Positions 1 through 14,595 of a DNA stretch of 64,000 bases are shown here, piece by piece (the stretch's first letter is position 1; every line of letters begins with the position of its first letter). A model generated the notes under the pieces. It was given only the letters and a program-made list of their open reading frames with translations, was not told the origin of the DNA and did no database searches. Source of the DNA: Octopus bimaculoides (lineage: Eukaryota); the NCBI RefSeq assembly GCF_001194135.2, contig NC_068985.1, positions 35,918,695-35,982,694 of the forward strand. The letters run 5' to 3'. A program made the translations under genes and the position numbers.

Positions 1-2795
1 TTGAACCAATCACAAGAAGTATTTTTCTGCGATATATATATGACCATGTTAACGCTTCTACATGGAGTTGTTTACCCATCCCCCCAAACTACCATCAGGA
101 CATACAACTTTGTGATATCTTCAGAACCGCCACCAGGAAAACAGCCACTTATTGTTTTTATTGCAGGCAACTTCAATCACGCTGAGATTGATTGGGAAAC
201 CTTTTGTTGGCTGCAAAACGCAAATGATTTCCTTGAGCTAGTGCTGGACTCAAACTGGTTCCAAGTAGTCAGCTCCCCAACAAGAGGTGACAAAACTTTG
301 GATCTACTCTTTACCACTACTCCTGAAACGGTTATTAGTGTTACTACTGAGGAACCTTTAAGCGACTCTGATCATGCTATGATCATTGCCAATTTGTCCC
401 TTATGGGCAGTAACAAAAACCACAGCCATTTCCAAACTGCTCGCTTAGACTGGAATAAAGCAGACTGGAACTCTTACTGCACCAAGCTAAAATGCCCAAA
501 CTAGCTGGAATTTTACAACTCTAGAGATGTGAATACCATACTTCAGAATATCCTGAACTCAAGATGGACAGTATGTGCAACATCAGTACCACGTAAGCAC
601 AAAAAACATCCGAAAAGTGCAATTTGGAAGACTGCAGCAGTCAGACTTGTCAGGAAAGACTGTCGTATGCTGAACTGGAATACAAACTGCATAAATTAGA
701 TATAAATAGGAAAAGTGCAATAAATCATCCAACCATCTCAAGCAGGTGACAGAAAGGGGAGTGCTTGAATTTGAACAGTGCATAGCAACCAACACTGATA
801 GTAAAGTGTTCTAGAAATATGTACATTCAATGTAGAGACCTCACTCTCCAGTTGGTCTTCTTCGCAATCCCCACACAGGCCAGATTACTGACGGTCTCAG
901 GGAATGCACAGAACCTGGGGGGTGGGGAGGCGGTGTGCCCTGGGCAGAACTTTTAAAGAGGCAGCACTTTTCATCTTGTTGTAGGCTATTGCTGTCAGCA
1001 ATATGTATTTTTTGTGGAGTCTGGGGGTGGTACACACCCTAGCTATGCTAGTGCACAGAACTCATTGCTGAATGCTATGCAGGCATTTTCACTGTTGAAA
1101 ATCAAAATGTACCACCTCCACCACCTCTGACATCAAATTCTATAACAACTATGGAATTTACACCTGCAATGCTGCAACATCACTTTAAGAATAAGTGCAA
1201 CTATGCCTCTCCTGGTCTTGATGGTACCTGCTTCTCAAAAGTGGTGGGTACTTTCTTCTGCACCAACTTTCACTCTTCTTTCAATTCTGTCTTAACAACA
1301 GTGCTACTCCGGAACAGTGGAAAACTGCCAGTGTCATTCCTCTGTTCAAAAAGGGTGACCACAAGTTGTCTGTCAACTATTGTCCAGTCAGTCTTACTAG
1401 CTGCATTGCCAAACTGATGTGTCAGAGAAACTGTGTCAGAGAAACACTCTGGATCTTCTGGAATTCTCACAGCCTTATCCAGCCCTCACAATTTGGATTT
1501 ATCCCTTACTCCAGCTGCTGTGATCAACTTACTGTTTCTTGAAGATATCACCTGGATCACTGATGGTGGCTCATGGGTGGATGCTGATTACCTTGACTTT
1601 GCTAAAGCTTTTAATTCTGTGTCACACAAAAGACTTATGGCAAAACTCTCTGCAATGGGTGTGAAAGATGATCTTCACAACTGGTTGTAGTCTTCCATTC
1701 TCAGCTGAAAAAATGTAGTCACTGTTCTAGGATAGCATTCTTCACCCTATGAGATATCATCTGGTGTGCCGCAAGGATCTGTTCTTGGTCCCCTTTCATT
1801 TATTGCATACATTAATGATATAGATGCCAATTTAATGAATGCCACAGTGCTGAAATATGACATCATGCTGTGCCTTGAGATAAAAAGGACAGATCTTGAA
1901 TACTATAGATCTTTCCTGTAATTGGACCTGGACACACTGCAGCAATGGATCATGGACTGGCAACTCAAGCTGGCTGTGGACAATTGTACCACCATGCATT
2001 TTGGGAGGAAAACCCCAGCGTCCACATACTCTCTCCACAACACTAATATCAAGAAGTCTTCTTGTGAATGTGACCTGGGCATTACTGTCAGCAGTGATTT
2101 GTGCATCTCTAAAATTGTCAAGAAGGTCAAGGGTGTCTTGACATCACTCAGCAAGACTTTTGTCAGCCACTCTCCATTTAAGGCTACATATGGCTATGGT
2201 GTGGCCACAGTTGGAATTTGCATCACCAGTCTGGAACCCCTATCTTGCTCAGAACACTGACCTCCTGGAAACTGTTCAGAGATGTGCAACCAAGCAAATC
2301 CTCTCCATCAGGCATCTACCATACTCTGAACGCCTTGCTTCTCTGGGCATGGATACGTTGACGCTCCGATGTCTGGCAACTGACTTGGTAAACACCCATA
2401 AAATTTATTAACCATCATGTTAATAGCAACTTTGAGCACCTTTTTGAATTCCATGCATCTGACACGCATGGGCATGCCTACAAAATCAGAAAACAGCAAA
2501 GCTCTCATGACTTTCAGAAACATTATTTTACACTTAGAGTTGCTGAAGCATGGAACAAACTACCTGCATCAATTGTTAGCTGCCGAGACATTGCATCCTT
2601 TAAAACTGCCATGCTTCCTGAAATTCACCAACACTACACCTGATATCCCCCACTCTATATGCGTGCACACATATATATAATGACTCATATACTGTTCACT
2701 TTCCTGACATTTGTACATAATTCCATGTACTACACATGCACCTTTGGTAAGCTGTAGTGCACATGAGCACTATACACAATAATTTCATTATCATA
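1..2795 (+). mobile_element. Degenerate CR1-clade LINE (endonuclease and RT remnants)
   Basis: EN motifs GNFNH..IDW, PTRGDKTLDL and SDHAMI. RT motifs DFAKAFNSVSH, SSGVPQGSVLGP, YINDI and LPYSERLASLG. Many stops and frameshifts. Confidence 0.9.
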
Positions 2796-2796
2796 A

Positions 2797-3378
2797 TGCT
2801 TAAAGGTATTTCATCTGTCTTTACATTCTGAGTTCAAATTCCGCTAAAGTCAATTTTGCCTTTCAACCTTTTGGGGTTGATAAATTAAGTACCAGTGGGA
2901 CACTGGAGTTGATGTAATCGACTAGTTCCCTCCCCACAAATTTCAGGCCTTGTGTCTTTAGTAGAAAGGATTATTATTATTATTCTTTTCTACTCTAGGC
3001 ACAAGGCCTGAAAATTTTGGGGAGGGGGCCAATTGATTAGATCGACCCCAGTATGCAACTGGTACTTAATTTATTGACCCGAAAGGATGAAAGGCAAAGT
3101 CAACTCCGGTGGAATTTGATCTCAGAACGTAAAGACAGATGAATTACCACTAAGGATTATCATTATTATTGAGGCAGCAAGCTGGCAGAATCATTAGCAT
3201 GCTGAGCAAAATGTTTAGCAGTATTTCGTCCATCTTTACGTTCTGAGTTCAAATGCCACCGAGGTCAACTTTGCCTTTCATTCTTTCAAGGTTGATAAAT
3301 TAAGTACTAGTGAAACATTGTGGTCAATGTAATTTCAGACTTTGTTCCTTTAGTAGAAAGGATTATTATTATTATTAT
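2797..3378. mobile_element. Three copies (+,-,+) of SINE family A with (ATT)n tails
   Basis: Shared core TTCTGAGTTCAAAT...GTCAACTTTGCCTTTCA...TAGTAGAAAGGATTATT. The same family recurs at ~22340, 28040, 32140, 40230, 40726 and 41071. Confidence 0.75.
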
Positions 3379-3917
3379 TACAGCTTTATAATTCATCTCT
3401 GCATACCAATATGGTATTAAAAGAGCTAGAGTTAGTTCTATTTAAACATTCTTTTCTTTTTGTAAATTCCAAATTGACAGTTACGTGAGATAACACTTCA
3501 TTGTTAAACTAAAGAGAAAGGTAATGCAAGGCATATTTAGTGAATTTAAACTGTTGTTAAATGACAAGGTTTTAAAATATTGCTAGATATTTCATTTTTC
3601 TCACATTTAGCAAACAACTTCCTCACTAAATGTGAGAAAATGACACGAATTGGGACATTTTGTGATAGAAATATGTAATACAAGAGGTTAAGAAATAAGA
3701 TAGACATTAACTAAACGGGAAAAAATATGGTGGAAATATTTTGAAAAATGATGGCTGTCTAATTATTTTCCCCAGCAAATTTATATTTATCTTTTTATAG
3801 TATCAAAGATGATGTTTCTAAACATTCAAATATTTATGTGAATAGTCAGAACAAGAGCTTCATAGCCCTATTTATGAAATGTAAAGCTGCTAGGTTTTGT
3901 TTGGACATATAAATGTA

Positions 3918-4825
3918 CGAGGTGATATCAAAAGGTTGCCAGACTAATTATGCTTAATAAAAAATAACTTATTTACCTAAGTTTTAACATCATCTCCTTT
4001 GAAATAGTCACCTTGCACAGCAATTCACTGGTTCCAGTGTTCCTGCTACTTTTGGAATCTGGCCTGGAAGTTATTTGCCGTGAGTCGAGGACTTCTATAA
4101 TTCACTCAGGATCTCAACAATGGTGTTAAAACGGTGACCTTTGAGCTACATTTTCATCTTGGGGAAGAGATGGAAGTCTGCAGGTGCTAAATCTGGTGAA
4201 TAGGGTGGGTGCGGAAGCGATACCATGTTGTTTTTGGTGAGAAACTCAAGAGTGAGAAGAACTCAGTGACAGGGTGCATTGATGTAGTGAAGAATCACAT
4301 TCTTGAAGCTCCACAGATCCGGTCACTTTCGCTGAATGTCCTCCCTCAAACGCTTCAAAACATCACAGTAGAACTCTTGATTTATGGTCTGGCCCTGGGG
4401 CATGAATTCTCGATGCACAATACCACATTTCCAGGAGTGACACTCCTGGCAGGTCTTCCAGATCACTCACTATCTCCCAGGGACATTCTTCTGCTTTTGA
4501 AGTGCCTGTGCCACTTGAAATATTGCATACAACCCATTGCCTCATTGTCATAAGCTTGCTGAAGCATGCTCAATGTCTCCACAGCAGACTTCCTAAGTTT
4601 AAGGCAAAATTTCATGTTGGCTCTTTGTTCCTGTCCATGACAAAATCATACACTATAGCATACCTGTGATCACAAAAACACAAATTTCACAACTTGCGAA
4701 ATAAACACAGTGATGTCACTTGGCACACTGCCTCATGTAGGTCACTGTTAGCTCTCACTGCATATGCAACTATGTGCTGCCATCTGTTGGCATGCTACAG
4801 AACTAGTCTGAAAACTTTTTGGTAG
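3918..4825 (-). mobile_element. Degenerate mariner-like DNA transposon
   Basis: TA-preceded end CGAGGTGATATCAAAAGGTTGCCAGACTA with a partial inverted copy (TAGTCTGAAAACTTTTTGGTAG) at 4804-4825. The minus strand holds eroded mariner catalytic-domain motifs. Confidence 0.75.
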
Positions 4826-5591
4826 AGAGAAGCTAATACAAAACTTTTTCTAACATTAGAAAAAAAAAAAAATATTAAGCCAAAAATTCAAACTGTTAAA
4901 ACTTTAACCATAGAGATAAGTACAATGAATTTATGATTTTATTTTTAAGAAAACTTGATATAAAGAAATGTAATATTTAGAGCTTAATAAATGTAATGAT
5001 GATAGTATTAAAAAGGCTGTTGCTCATAAGGCACTAAATAAATATAGCCAATGGTTTCTTGACTGGACTGTTCCAAGTATTTAATACATATTCCATTTGA
5101 GGGAACATGATTAGTATGTTTACAGAAACTATTAAGCTATTTCTATTTGTTGTTGGTCTTCTCACTCCAGATTCAAAGGTAATGTTAATGCTTTTCTGTA
5201 AGCTGTTATCAGTATAAACAAAGTAGAATGGCTTTGACTGAAGATCAACTTTGATCTCAGCTTTCTAGAAGCATACTCCTACTTTACAACACTCACTATT
5301 CAGTTTGTTTCTAAGAAACTTAATACAGTAAAATAGTTTACTTTATCTCATTTCATTAAGCAGTTTAATAGTAAAAAAAAAAAAAAGGATGGCAAGCAAA
5401 AACAAAATATTGTCATCAGTTAGTATGTCTGTAGAAAAAATTTCACTTCACACATTTCTCCAAGGATTTGCTTTTTTTATAGATCAACTATAACTATCTT
5501 GATCTATGTTTCCTTTAAAATACTTGATATTTTATCAACACATTAACAATATGAACATGTAGGAGAGAAGCTAAAAATTAAATATAAAATA

Positions 5592-7112
5592 CACTGAAAT
5601 GCAAAAGAAACACGAGATATGTGTGACTGTGAAATATATTTTAATTTCATTATGTCAGAGATAAATTTTGATATATCTGATTAAGTCAATTTCTTGGATA
5701 CAGTTTGACTACAGTCTATGGGTCGTTGTCATATGTTCTGGTAGCGGGCGGATATAGCACATTGACATTGTAGGGTGTGACATGTTCAATACTGTGTATG
5801 CTCTCCCTGGGTGTTCAAAATGGCCATACACCGTTCGTACACGGAGTGCATGAGGTGGTTCACAAAAGCCAGTGGCACCTGTGCCCACACCCTGAGGAAA
5901 GCTGCCTCCAGTTCCACATGAGTTGTTGGCCTTGGGACCACCTGGTTCAGTCAGCACTGGATTTCATCCCACTGGAGTTCAATTGGGTTCAAATCTTGGT
6001 TGAGAGCTGGCCACGGCATGGTTCTGATGTTGTGCTGATGCAGGAAGTCCATAGTGACCCTGGCCATGTGGGAGGGAGCATTGTCCTGCTGGAACACATG
6101 GCTATGGTAACGTGTGAAGAAGGGCACGATGTGAGGTCTTAGGATCTGGTCAACATAGTGCTGTGCTGTGATACCACTCCCTCTGCCTGCACCAACATTT
6201 TGGAACACATGGGGCCCAATTCTCTGATTCAGGTATATAGCACCCCAAACCATGGTGCTTTGGACACCCCATGCATCTCTCTCTGTGACACATGCATCTT
6301 TGTAGCATTCACCCCTCCTAGGTCACACCCTCACTCTGCCATCTGAGGTAGAAATGCACTACTGGCTCTTGTCAGAGAAGACTATTGACCTCCATTGTTG
6401 GTACTGTGTAGCCCACTGTAGTCATGCGTGATGGTGGTGGGCAGTAAGGACAGGCCCTTGAGCATGATGATAGCAATGCAGGTTGTTGGCGGACAGTTGA
6501 CGTTATACCATGTTGTGACTGATGGGTCACTGTTCAGTGCCAATGATCTCATGAGCTGTCACACTGGCCAGTTCAAAGTGATCACAGAGGTGTTGCAGGT
6601 GGATGAAACAGTCCTGCCTGGGCATGGTCACCCAGGGGCGCCCTCTGCGGGCATGGTCTGCAGTACTGTTGGTCTTGTTGTATCACTGCTGCAGGCAATA
6701 GATGGTGCTGACATGGACATTATAAGCTTTTGCAACAACCAGAGTATGCTGTCCTGCTTGCAATTGGCCAATAGCATGTTCTCTCTATGCTGCTGACAAT
6801 CAGGTTGTGCATGATGCATCCAAATTACAAATGCCAGGAACATGGTTCAAGTTGATTTATACCCATAACCTCCATGAGATGCATGTGCGTTTTGGTTTTT
6901 ATGACAATTGTTTGCAACTGCCACCCACTGCATTCAATGCAGCTGTGTTTTGGCGTCTCATTTCAGGGAAAGTTGAAAGGTTACCTACAATTTGGGTCTC
7001 AGCCATAAACAGCAAGTCTTGGAATATTTACACTTATATCCTTGAAATAAATTTTCAGAATTTACCATATAAAAATGACATGAAAAAATTGTGTTTCTTT
7101 TGTGGTTCAGTG
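5592..7112 (-). mobile_element. Full-length degenerate Tc1 (DD34E) transposon
   Basis: TA-flanked TIRs CACTGAAATGCAAAAGAAACAC and CACTGAACCACAAAAGAAACAC (19/22 identical). Transposase MVWGAI...QQDNAPSH...WPALNQDLNPIE, D-to-E spacing 34. Confidence 0.92.
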
Positions 7113-8844
7113 TATATTTAGAAAATACATAAACTCTAAGCACAATTTAGAAGTCATACAACAAAATCAAAACCTTAAGGCGACTCTTGAAATGATTATT
7201 ATGTAGTTAAATAAAAATAATCTTAACTGTTCCAGGGTCATGGGAACTCTGCCAGTCTACCTTCTCACCACTTGTCACATCCTCTTCAAGTAACTCATAA
7301 CCTCATATTACCTCTTACCTCAATCACCTACCTCTCTAAAAGAATGAAACAGAAAGTAGAAGAACTGTTTTCTGCTATATTATAGCCTAACAAGTAATGT
7401 TAGGCAGTGATACAGTATTGGTGTTCAGCAAAGAAACTTCTACATATTGTATGACCTGCTGGAAACAGCAGTCATATCTTCTTCAAAATACAAATACACC
7501 TCCATCTTAAGTAAGGGATGTATTGGACAATGTAATTCCTGATATATAAAATATTAAAAAAAGCGATGTTTACAACTGGAATGCCTTTCATTATAGATTT
7601 GGTTCATCAGAACTGATATGGGACTAAGCAATTAACCAAGTCAATGAAGAAAGATTTCTGTGTGGTCACTTGAGCAACTAAAATAGCAGCCAAATTTCCT
7701 TATTCAGGCTCACAACATATGAATACAGTGCAATATAATTTCTTTTTCTCAACAGGCCCTGCACTAATTAACCCTGTGCTAATTAGCATTATTCCAAAAG
7801 AAATCAAAAAAGAAAAAAAAATCCCATCACCTTCAAATAATACCTGGACCTTGAACACATCTCAGCCAACAACAACTCCCTACTTGAATAGAACATGATA
7901 CTACAAAATTTGATTTAAAAATAACTTAACTGATCCTATCAGGTGGTGCTATTAAGTTAGATATGGCTTGGGCCAATGTTTGGCTGAAACATGTCTAAGT
8001 TTATCAAGTTTAAGTCACCACATTCAAAATTTTTAAACGACACATTAAAAAACGTACTCCATTATATTACAAAAATACAAGACACATAATACATGATAGA
8101 AAACAGACACATGATGGAAAATTGTTCCAGCATACTCTTGCCTGACTCATGCAAGTATGGAAAAGTACATGTTAAAATAATGATGCATGCATGCATACAT
8201 ACATACATTACATTACATAAACTCTGTGCAGTGGTACTCTCAGTGCTTATAACAGAAAATAACATTAAACTTTAGCACCTGAGTATTCCACTTTAGAATG
8301 AAAAAATGTTTTCTTTAGCAATCAAGTCTCAGTTACTACTCATTTGTTCAAGAATATAACATCAAAAAGAAGATGGATGTTAGCACGAGGTTGAAAGTTA
8401 AGTTTATTTAAGGAAAAGTACTGGAGGTTAAAAACACAATTCTAATGTTATTAAGACAGTGGCATTACATTTGACTGCAAAGTGGAATAGTTGCTCTCAA
8501 AATACCAGCTTCAACAATTCATACAGATAATCAAAGATATAAAAGTAGTCTATCCAATTTAGTATGTAAAATCAAATGTAAATAAAGTAAAAGAAAATTT
8601 CTACAGAAAGACCATAAGATTGGATTATGAAGAAAAGTTAGCAAATTTATTCATCAATTTAATTTTTGATATCATCAAAAGAACAGGAGAAACAAAGTTT
8701 TAAATATGAACTACAGGCTGGCTAGCTATTTTGCAGAAATGAGAATTCAACAGAGCAATTTATACAGAGAAACTTCAAAGAATGGAAACTACAATTTCCT
8801 GTAATTCAGAGCACCTCATAGTCCAAGTAGACAAAATAGAAAGA

Positions 8845-9480
8845 ATGTTGCTCCAGAGGATGGTAAGGCAGATGTGCTGGAACAGCTACTCTGACTCATG
8901 GGGCTCACACTTGCAGATAGCCATCTCTGCCCTGATAGCAGTAAGCAAGGATATGGTCTGGGCACAAAGAATGCTGGAGGCCTCCACTGCTACAGGCTTG
9001 ACCATAAATCCAACAGAGAGTAATTGATACCTTGACAGTTTGCTTTTCTCAGCCTGATGAGCAGTGGAGCCAGGGGTGGTAGTTGAACACACCAAGTTAC
9101 TACTGGAGAAGGTGTCACAGCATGAGACATCCCAGAGGAGATGCTACAAAATGGGAAAATTGTCATACCATCAGGCCTTTTATTGCCCCTTCAGTCTAGC
9201 CCCACTGGTTCAAGCTGTAAAGGGAAGCCTATGGTATCTAGGCCATACTTTATGATCTTGTTAAAGGCAGTATGACACAGGAGATGACCAGTGCTATGAC
9301 AGCATGACTGTGGCATTCATAAGGCGCACAGATTTGGAAGTCAAGCCTCAGGGAAATGCTAATGTGCAGACAGTCACTAGGAAGCTGAGTGCCAATCATG
9401 AGTGATGGTACCACATTGAGACAGGCTCCATTGTGAGGCTTGGATGCAGAGCAGAAACATGCCAGACAGTGCCGGTCAAG
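8845..9480 (-). mobile_element. CRE-clade non-LTR retrotransposon fossil (Zn-knuckle and RLE region)
   Basis: Frameshifted pieces PHNGACLNVVPS..GTQL....LHISISLRL...ICAPYEC, NKRPDGMTIFPF, LWDVSCCDTF, AEKSKLSRY, PVAVEAS and LFQHICLTILWSN resemble the C-terminus of animal CRE elements. Confidence 0.75.
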
Positions 9481-11747
9481 TCGGTACACTAACTTGTCTG
9501 AGTCTCACAATCTGTTAGAGATAGTGCTGCCTTTCTGCATACTTTTCCCTACAGGTGCTGATTTTCAACTCTTAAGGCCAAATATTAGCTGCATTGTTCT
9601 GACTGATCTCATTGAACCTACAAAAGCTATGGGTACAGCCATTTGCTCCAGATCACTGGTTCTCAACTTTTGAACTTAGTAACTCCATTTTACAGACACT
9701 CCTCCCCATGTTTCTCAGAAAAAAAAAAAATCCAAATTATTTTAAATAAACAAAAGCTCATTTTGTGCAGTGGTCTACTATCCTTATGCTCTTATACTAC
9801 CCTATTCAGCATGTGCCTTATTTTAGATATTTGCATTGACTGGTGTCACCGATTCTTTAAAAAATCCAGTTATACTGGACTTTAGCACATCATCAATCGT
9901 ATTCTTAGTCACTGATAACACAATGTCCTAATTCATATTCTAATCACAACAAAGAATATTTTAAAAATATGTTTACAATATAAGGATTGTACTTGGTTTA
10001 AATATCTTACTTCTATAAAAATCTCAGTCTTTCTAAACATCAAGTATCTACCCTACACACTGTTTTCTTGCGAGCTCACAATGCCCTGAAGGGGGTGCTG
10101 CTTCTAAGGTTAAGAACCACTACTTCAGACCATTCCAAAAAGAAAAAAGCATAATCTCATTTGGAGTAGTATTTCATCCTAGAAAGAATTCTACTGAGAA
10201 GTATTAGATATTACAAAATATATATATCTAAATCTAAAATTCTTTGTGTTTTTTCTCTCATTAGACATATCAACCTCTGGATATCATATCAACATTATAT
10301 CAATATAGTCATTCTTATCCTCATGAACATTTTATCTATGATTGTTAACTTTATTTCCTCAAAGTCCAGTCTTGCTTTAGTTATTATCTCTGACCAGCAC
10401 CTTATCAAGCCTAATTTTGTTATACTTTGCTCAGTCAGTTTCTGTTTTTCTTCTTTTTATTTATTTATTGTTAACATAATTTAGTCAGGAGGAAAGTAGC
10501 CCCAATAATCTTTCTCAGGATTTCATTTACTGGCAGGAGAAAGTTATTCTCAGATGGTGCCAAAAGGCTCAAATACTTACACCAGAGGGGAGTTCCACTA
10601 AACATCCAAGACATAGGTGGAGGTATTGAAACCAGGTGATGGTTCGGTCTACCACCCAATAACATGGATAGTCCCACCAGCTGACTTTCACAGTTTCCAT
10701 TTACTAAATTTAACTTACAAGGCTTTGGGCAATCCAAAGATATGGTAAACAAGACGTGACAAGAAAAATTTTCTCTCATATATAAAAAGAATATCTGTCA
10801 TTGAAACTACTAATTTTACTCCTTAGGCTATCTGCTTAGCAAGGATTAATTGGGTCATCTAGATAAATGAACTTAATCTAAGGAACCATTCACATATCAT
10901 ACTGAGTTGGTAGATTTAATGTCTCATTCCCTGTCAGTCTGTAATTGCACTATATCTCTAATGCTTCAATTAGTTGATTAATCTAAATTATACTGAGGTC
11001 CTGCTCACTTTTCTTAGAATTGACCAAAGGCATTTCTCTAACACTAATAAACTAAATGACTCTTTTGTACTCAACGTTTCTACTTTCATTTCTTTGAATA
11101 AAGCTCTTTATTCTCTATTTTCAGTCGTTTTCTTAATACACAATGTCTTAATGCATACTAGTATGTATCTTGCAGGTTCCTTGAACCTGCCCTTTAATAG
11201 TTGATTATATAATAGAATATACAAGGTTTTGAGAGAGGAGAACTTTTCATTTGTGATGTGAGATAATTAATAGACCTCTTCCTTCTACTATATATTGCAA
11301 ATTGGTTGGTACTAGTATGGTCCACACCATAAAGTAAGTCTGTTTTTGTTCTTATATAAATACTCCAAGATCCGCAAAACCTTAAATTATTGGTATTACC
11401 AGATAAACAAAAGGCTTGATGCTCATTTTTCACAGTAAGAATAACTTTCAAGGGTGCACCTTCCACTGCTTATTGAATAAGAATTTATTGATATGAATTT
11501 TATTACATATAACACATATAAACTAAGTGCAAAGTATTTGTGGCTTGTCGGTAAGTAACGTTTAAAAAGTGAACGTTAAGAAATATGTAATTATGAAGTA
11601 TTAGGAGATGACAAACAGAAATACCAGCCAAAGGTTAGATCTTTAAAATGTTATAAAAAACACTCCAAAAGTAGAAAAATGATAGCGTGAACTAAATGAA
11701 GTTAAGAAGCTTCTGATGGCTTAATTTAAATGCGGATTATATTAAAC

Positions 11748-11748
11748 A

Positions 11749-11828
<80 letters not shown>

Positions 11829-11877
11829 NNNNNNNNNNNNNNNNNNNNNNNNNNNNNNNNNNNNNNNNNNNNNNNNN

Positions 11878-11941
<64 letters not shown>

Positions 11942-11946
11942 GTGTG
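11748..11946. repeat. (GT)n-(GA)n compound microsatellite spanning a gap
   Basis: Read directly from the sequence. Confidence 0.95.
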
Positions 11947-12486
11947 TATGGGAACTTTGCAAAAAAAGAAAAAAAATTAGATGCTGAAAGAATATCGCAG
12001 AGAGCAAATAGCTTGCATGTACATTAGCTCTACGCTATATGATACGGGTGGCTAGTAAATAAGCTGACGTGAACGAAAGGGTTAAAAATATTACCACAGT
12101 AAGATGAAAAAAATATAAATCCTTTAAGCAAAGGAAGAGAAATCTAGTGATTGAAGGAAACACGATCCAACGAAATCTTCACGCTGTCGTTCAACCTGCT
12201 AGAAATAACAGTCTGAACTCCCTCAAATCACACGCAACAGTCTTTAAAGGGACTTGTTGGATAACATGGAACTTAAGAAAAAGACGTGACTCAAGAAAAA
12301 AAATTAGATAGTCACGGTTGGAATGTTTTTGATTATAGGCCTGCTCGATTAGAAGTGACATGAGGATAAACAATCCTGGACCAACAAAGCAGCATATTTG
12401 CTCACTCTGCTAGAAATACCAGCCAATTAACCCTCAAACCACACTCTAGTCTCATTAAAATAGGATAAAGTGGTCTTGAACGCTCT

Positions 12487-12521
<35 letters not shown>

Positions 12522-14595
12522 GAGAAAGAAAGAGGGAAAGAGAGAAAGAAAGAAAGAAAGGTTATCTTGGTTGGAATGCTATTGCTCAGAACTGATCTAA
12601 GGCAGAACAACTAACTAATGAAGGAGGCTCGACCTACAAGAAACTGCGATCNNNNNNNNNNNNNNNNNNNNNNNNNNNNNNNNNNNNNNNNNNNNNNNNN
12701 NNNNNNNNNNNNNNNNNNNNNNNNNNNNNNNNNNNNNNNNNNNNNNNNNNNNNNNNNNNNNNNNNNNNNNNNNNNNNNNNNNNNNNNNNNNNNNNNNNNN
12801 NNNNNNNNNNNNNNNNNNNNNNNNNNNNNNNNNNNNNNNNNNNNNNNNNNNNNNNNNNNNNNNNNNNNNNNNNNNNNNNNNNNNNNNNNNNNNNNNNNNN
12901 NNNNNNNNNNNNNNNNNNNNNNNNNNNNNNNNNNNNNNNNNNNNNNNNNNNNNNNNNNNNNNNNNNNNNNNNNNNNNNNNNNNNNNNNNNNNNNNNNNNN
13001 NNNNNNNNNNNNNNNNNNNNNNNNNNNNNNNNNNNNNNNNNNNNNNNNNNNNNNNNNNNNNNNNNNNNNNNNNNNNNNNNNNNNNNNNNNNNNNNNNNNN
13101 NNNNNNNNNNNNNNNNNNNNNNNNNNNNNNNNNNNNNNNNNNNNNNNNNNNNNNNNNNNNNNNNNNNNNNNNNNNNNNNNNNNNTATATATATATATATA
13201 TTACAATAAAATATAACTGGTGACGAATATCTTTCTTATAATTGCGTGTAAAATTAGCTCCAGTTGAAGTAAACGTTCAGCTCGGAGATTAACTGATTTA
13301 GATTATTGATGATTTCAGAGGAATTCGAAGGCGGGGAGAATCCAAATTTAATGATTACCAAAGCTACATCCCCTGAAGGAGAAACCACCCATTAGCAATG
13401 CAAATCGATACGTGATTGATATAATAGTTTGGGCAAGTATTAGTCATCACATTCATTAAAAAAAAAAAAGAAGAGCTGAATTGGATGCTATTATCTAATT
13501 CATTCACAAGCAAAAACATTGTTCATGACCATTGAAGTTAGGGTTACATAAGCGTTAATGTACAATTCTTATTCCAGCTCGAGGCACCGGCTCTTAATAC
13601 CAATCACTTGAAAGATAACGAGGAAATTCCACGTAGTTAGTCAACCAACTAGAAATAGCAGCCAAATTTCCCTTAAATCCCATCCCATCGCCTTAAGAAA
13701 TATCTCAAATTGATATTGTAGTATTGGAATACATAGTCTCTATAAAACAAAAAAAGTGAGGCGATTATGGATGGATAGATGCATTGATCACAGTTCTATT
13801 TAATCGATGCTGAAATAGACAAAACAAGTTACGAAGATACACATGATAGATGGGCTGTTCACCTCTGTATATCTTTTAGAAAACATCACGCTTTAGCATG
13901 TTAAACATATACATATTTATTTATACACACTCATATAGTAAGTGAACATTGTTTATAACAAACGGGAAGAGTACTCAATGCGAGACAGAGTATAATTATA
14001 TTTGTCAGCTGTCTAATGTCTCTACATGAAATTTCAACATACCTCGATCGGTTCAGTTATCGCTGATCTATGTTATGTTATTGTTTTGCTCTATGCTAAC
14101 CCTGGTGGAGCAGATCAATGATCAAAGCGTTCCAGCCATGAACATCTCATCTAATTTTCAGACAATGCATCAAGAATATAATCAAAATTGTCTCCCTACT
14201 ACTTTTAAGATGGTAGGGTATGATTTAAGGAATTTGGATGCGTTTTGCAACAAAATAGATGTTTTTTGTTGGATCGACGTTGATATGTGTGTGTGTGCGC
14301 GCGTGTGTACTCGCATAGTGGAATATCAGGCATAAAGATGTGCACTTATGTGGGAATCAAGTTCAATGTCGGACCTTATTGGTTACTATGTCCCTTTATT
14401 CTTACATTACATCTATCATGAATATAGTGTGAATAAACGGCGATATGACATCGAAAATATTTACAGTTGTTAATACTAAAAGCAAGAAGATAAATCGCCT
14501 TCTCTAAGCCTCTTATATAGTAAACTAGAAGGGCACGGCATTTTCAGCACAAATAAGAGGCACAGAAAAATTGGTAGCTATTTTACATCACTTAC

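Noticed and set aside
5171-5178. 8-nt plus-strand microexon (CCAG|ATTCAAAG|GTAATG)
   Set aside because: No host gene was identified, and such motifs arise by chance in AT-rich DNA.
10581-10790. Minus-strand exon-like segments with GTAAGT donors (WWDYPCYW... frame)
   Set aside because: The acceptor lacks a polypyrimidine tract, splicing to the 14596 ATG frame hits a stop within about 10 codons, and no protein is recognisable.
12618-13223. Long ORFs of X residues (also ~29.9-30.4 kb, 15.2-15.5 kb, 50.1-50.4 kb)
   Set aside because: Artefacts of N-gaps and microsatellites.
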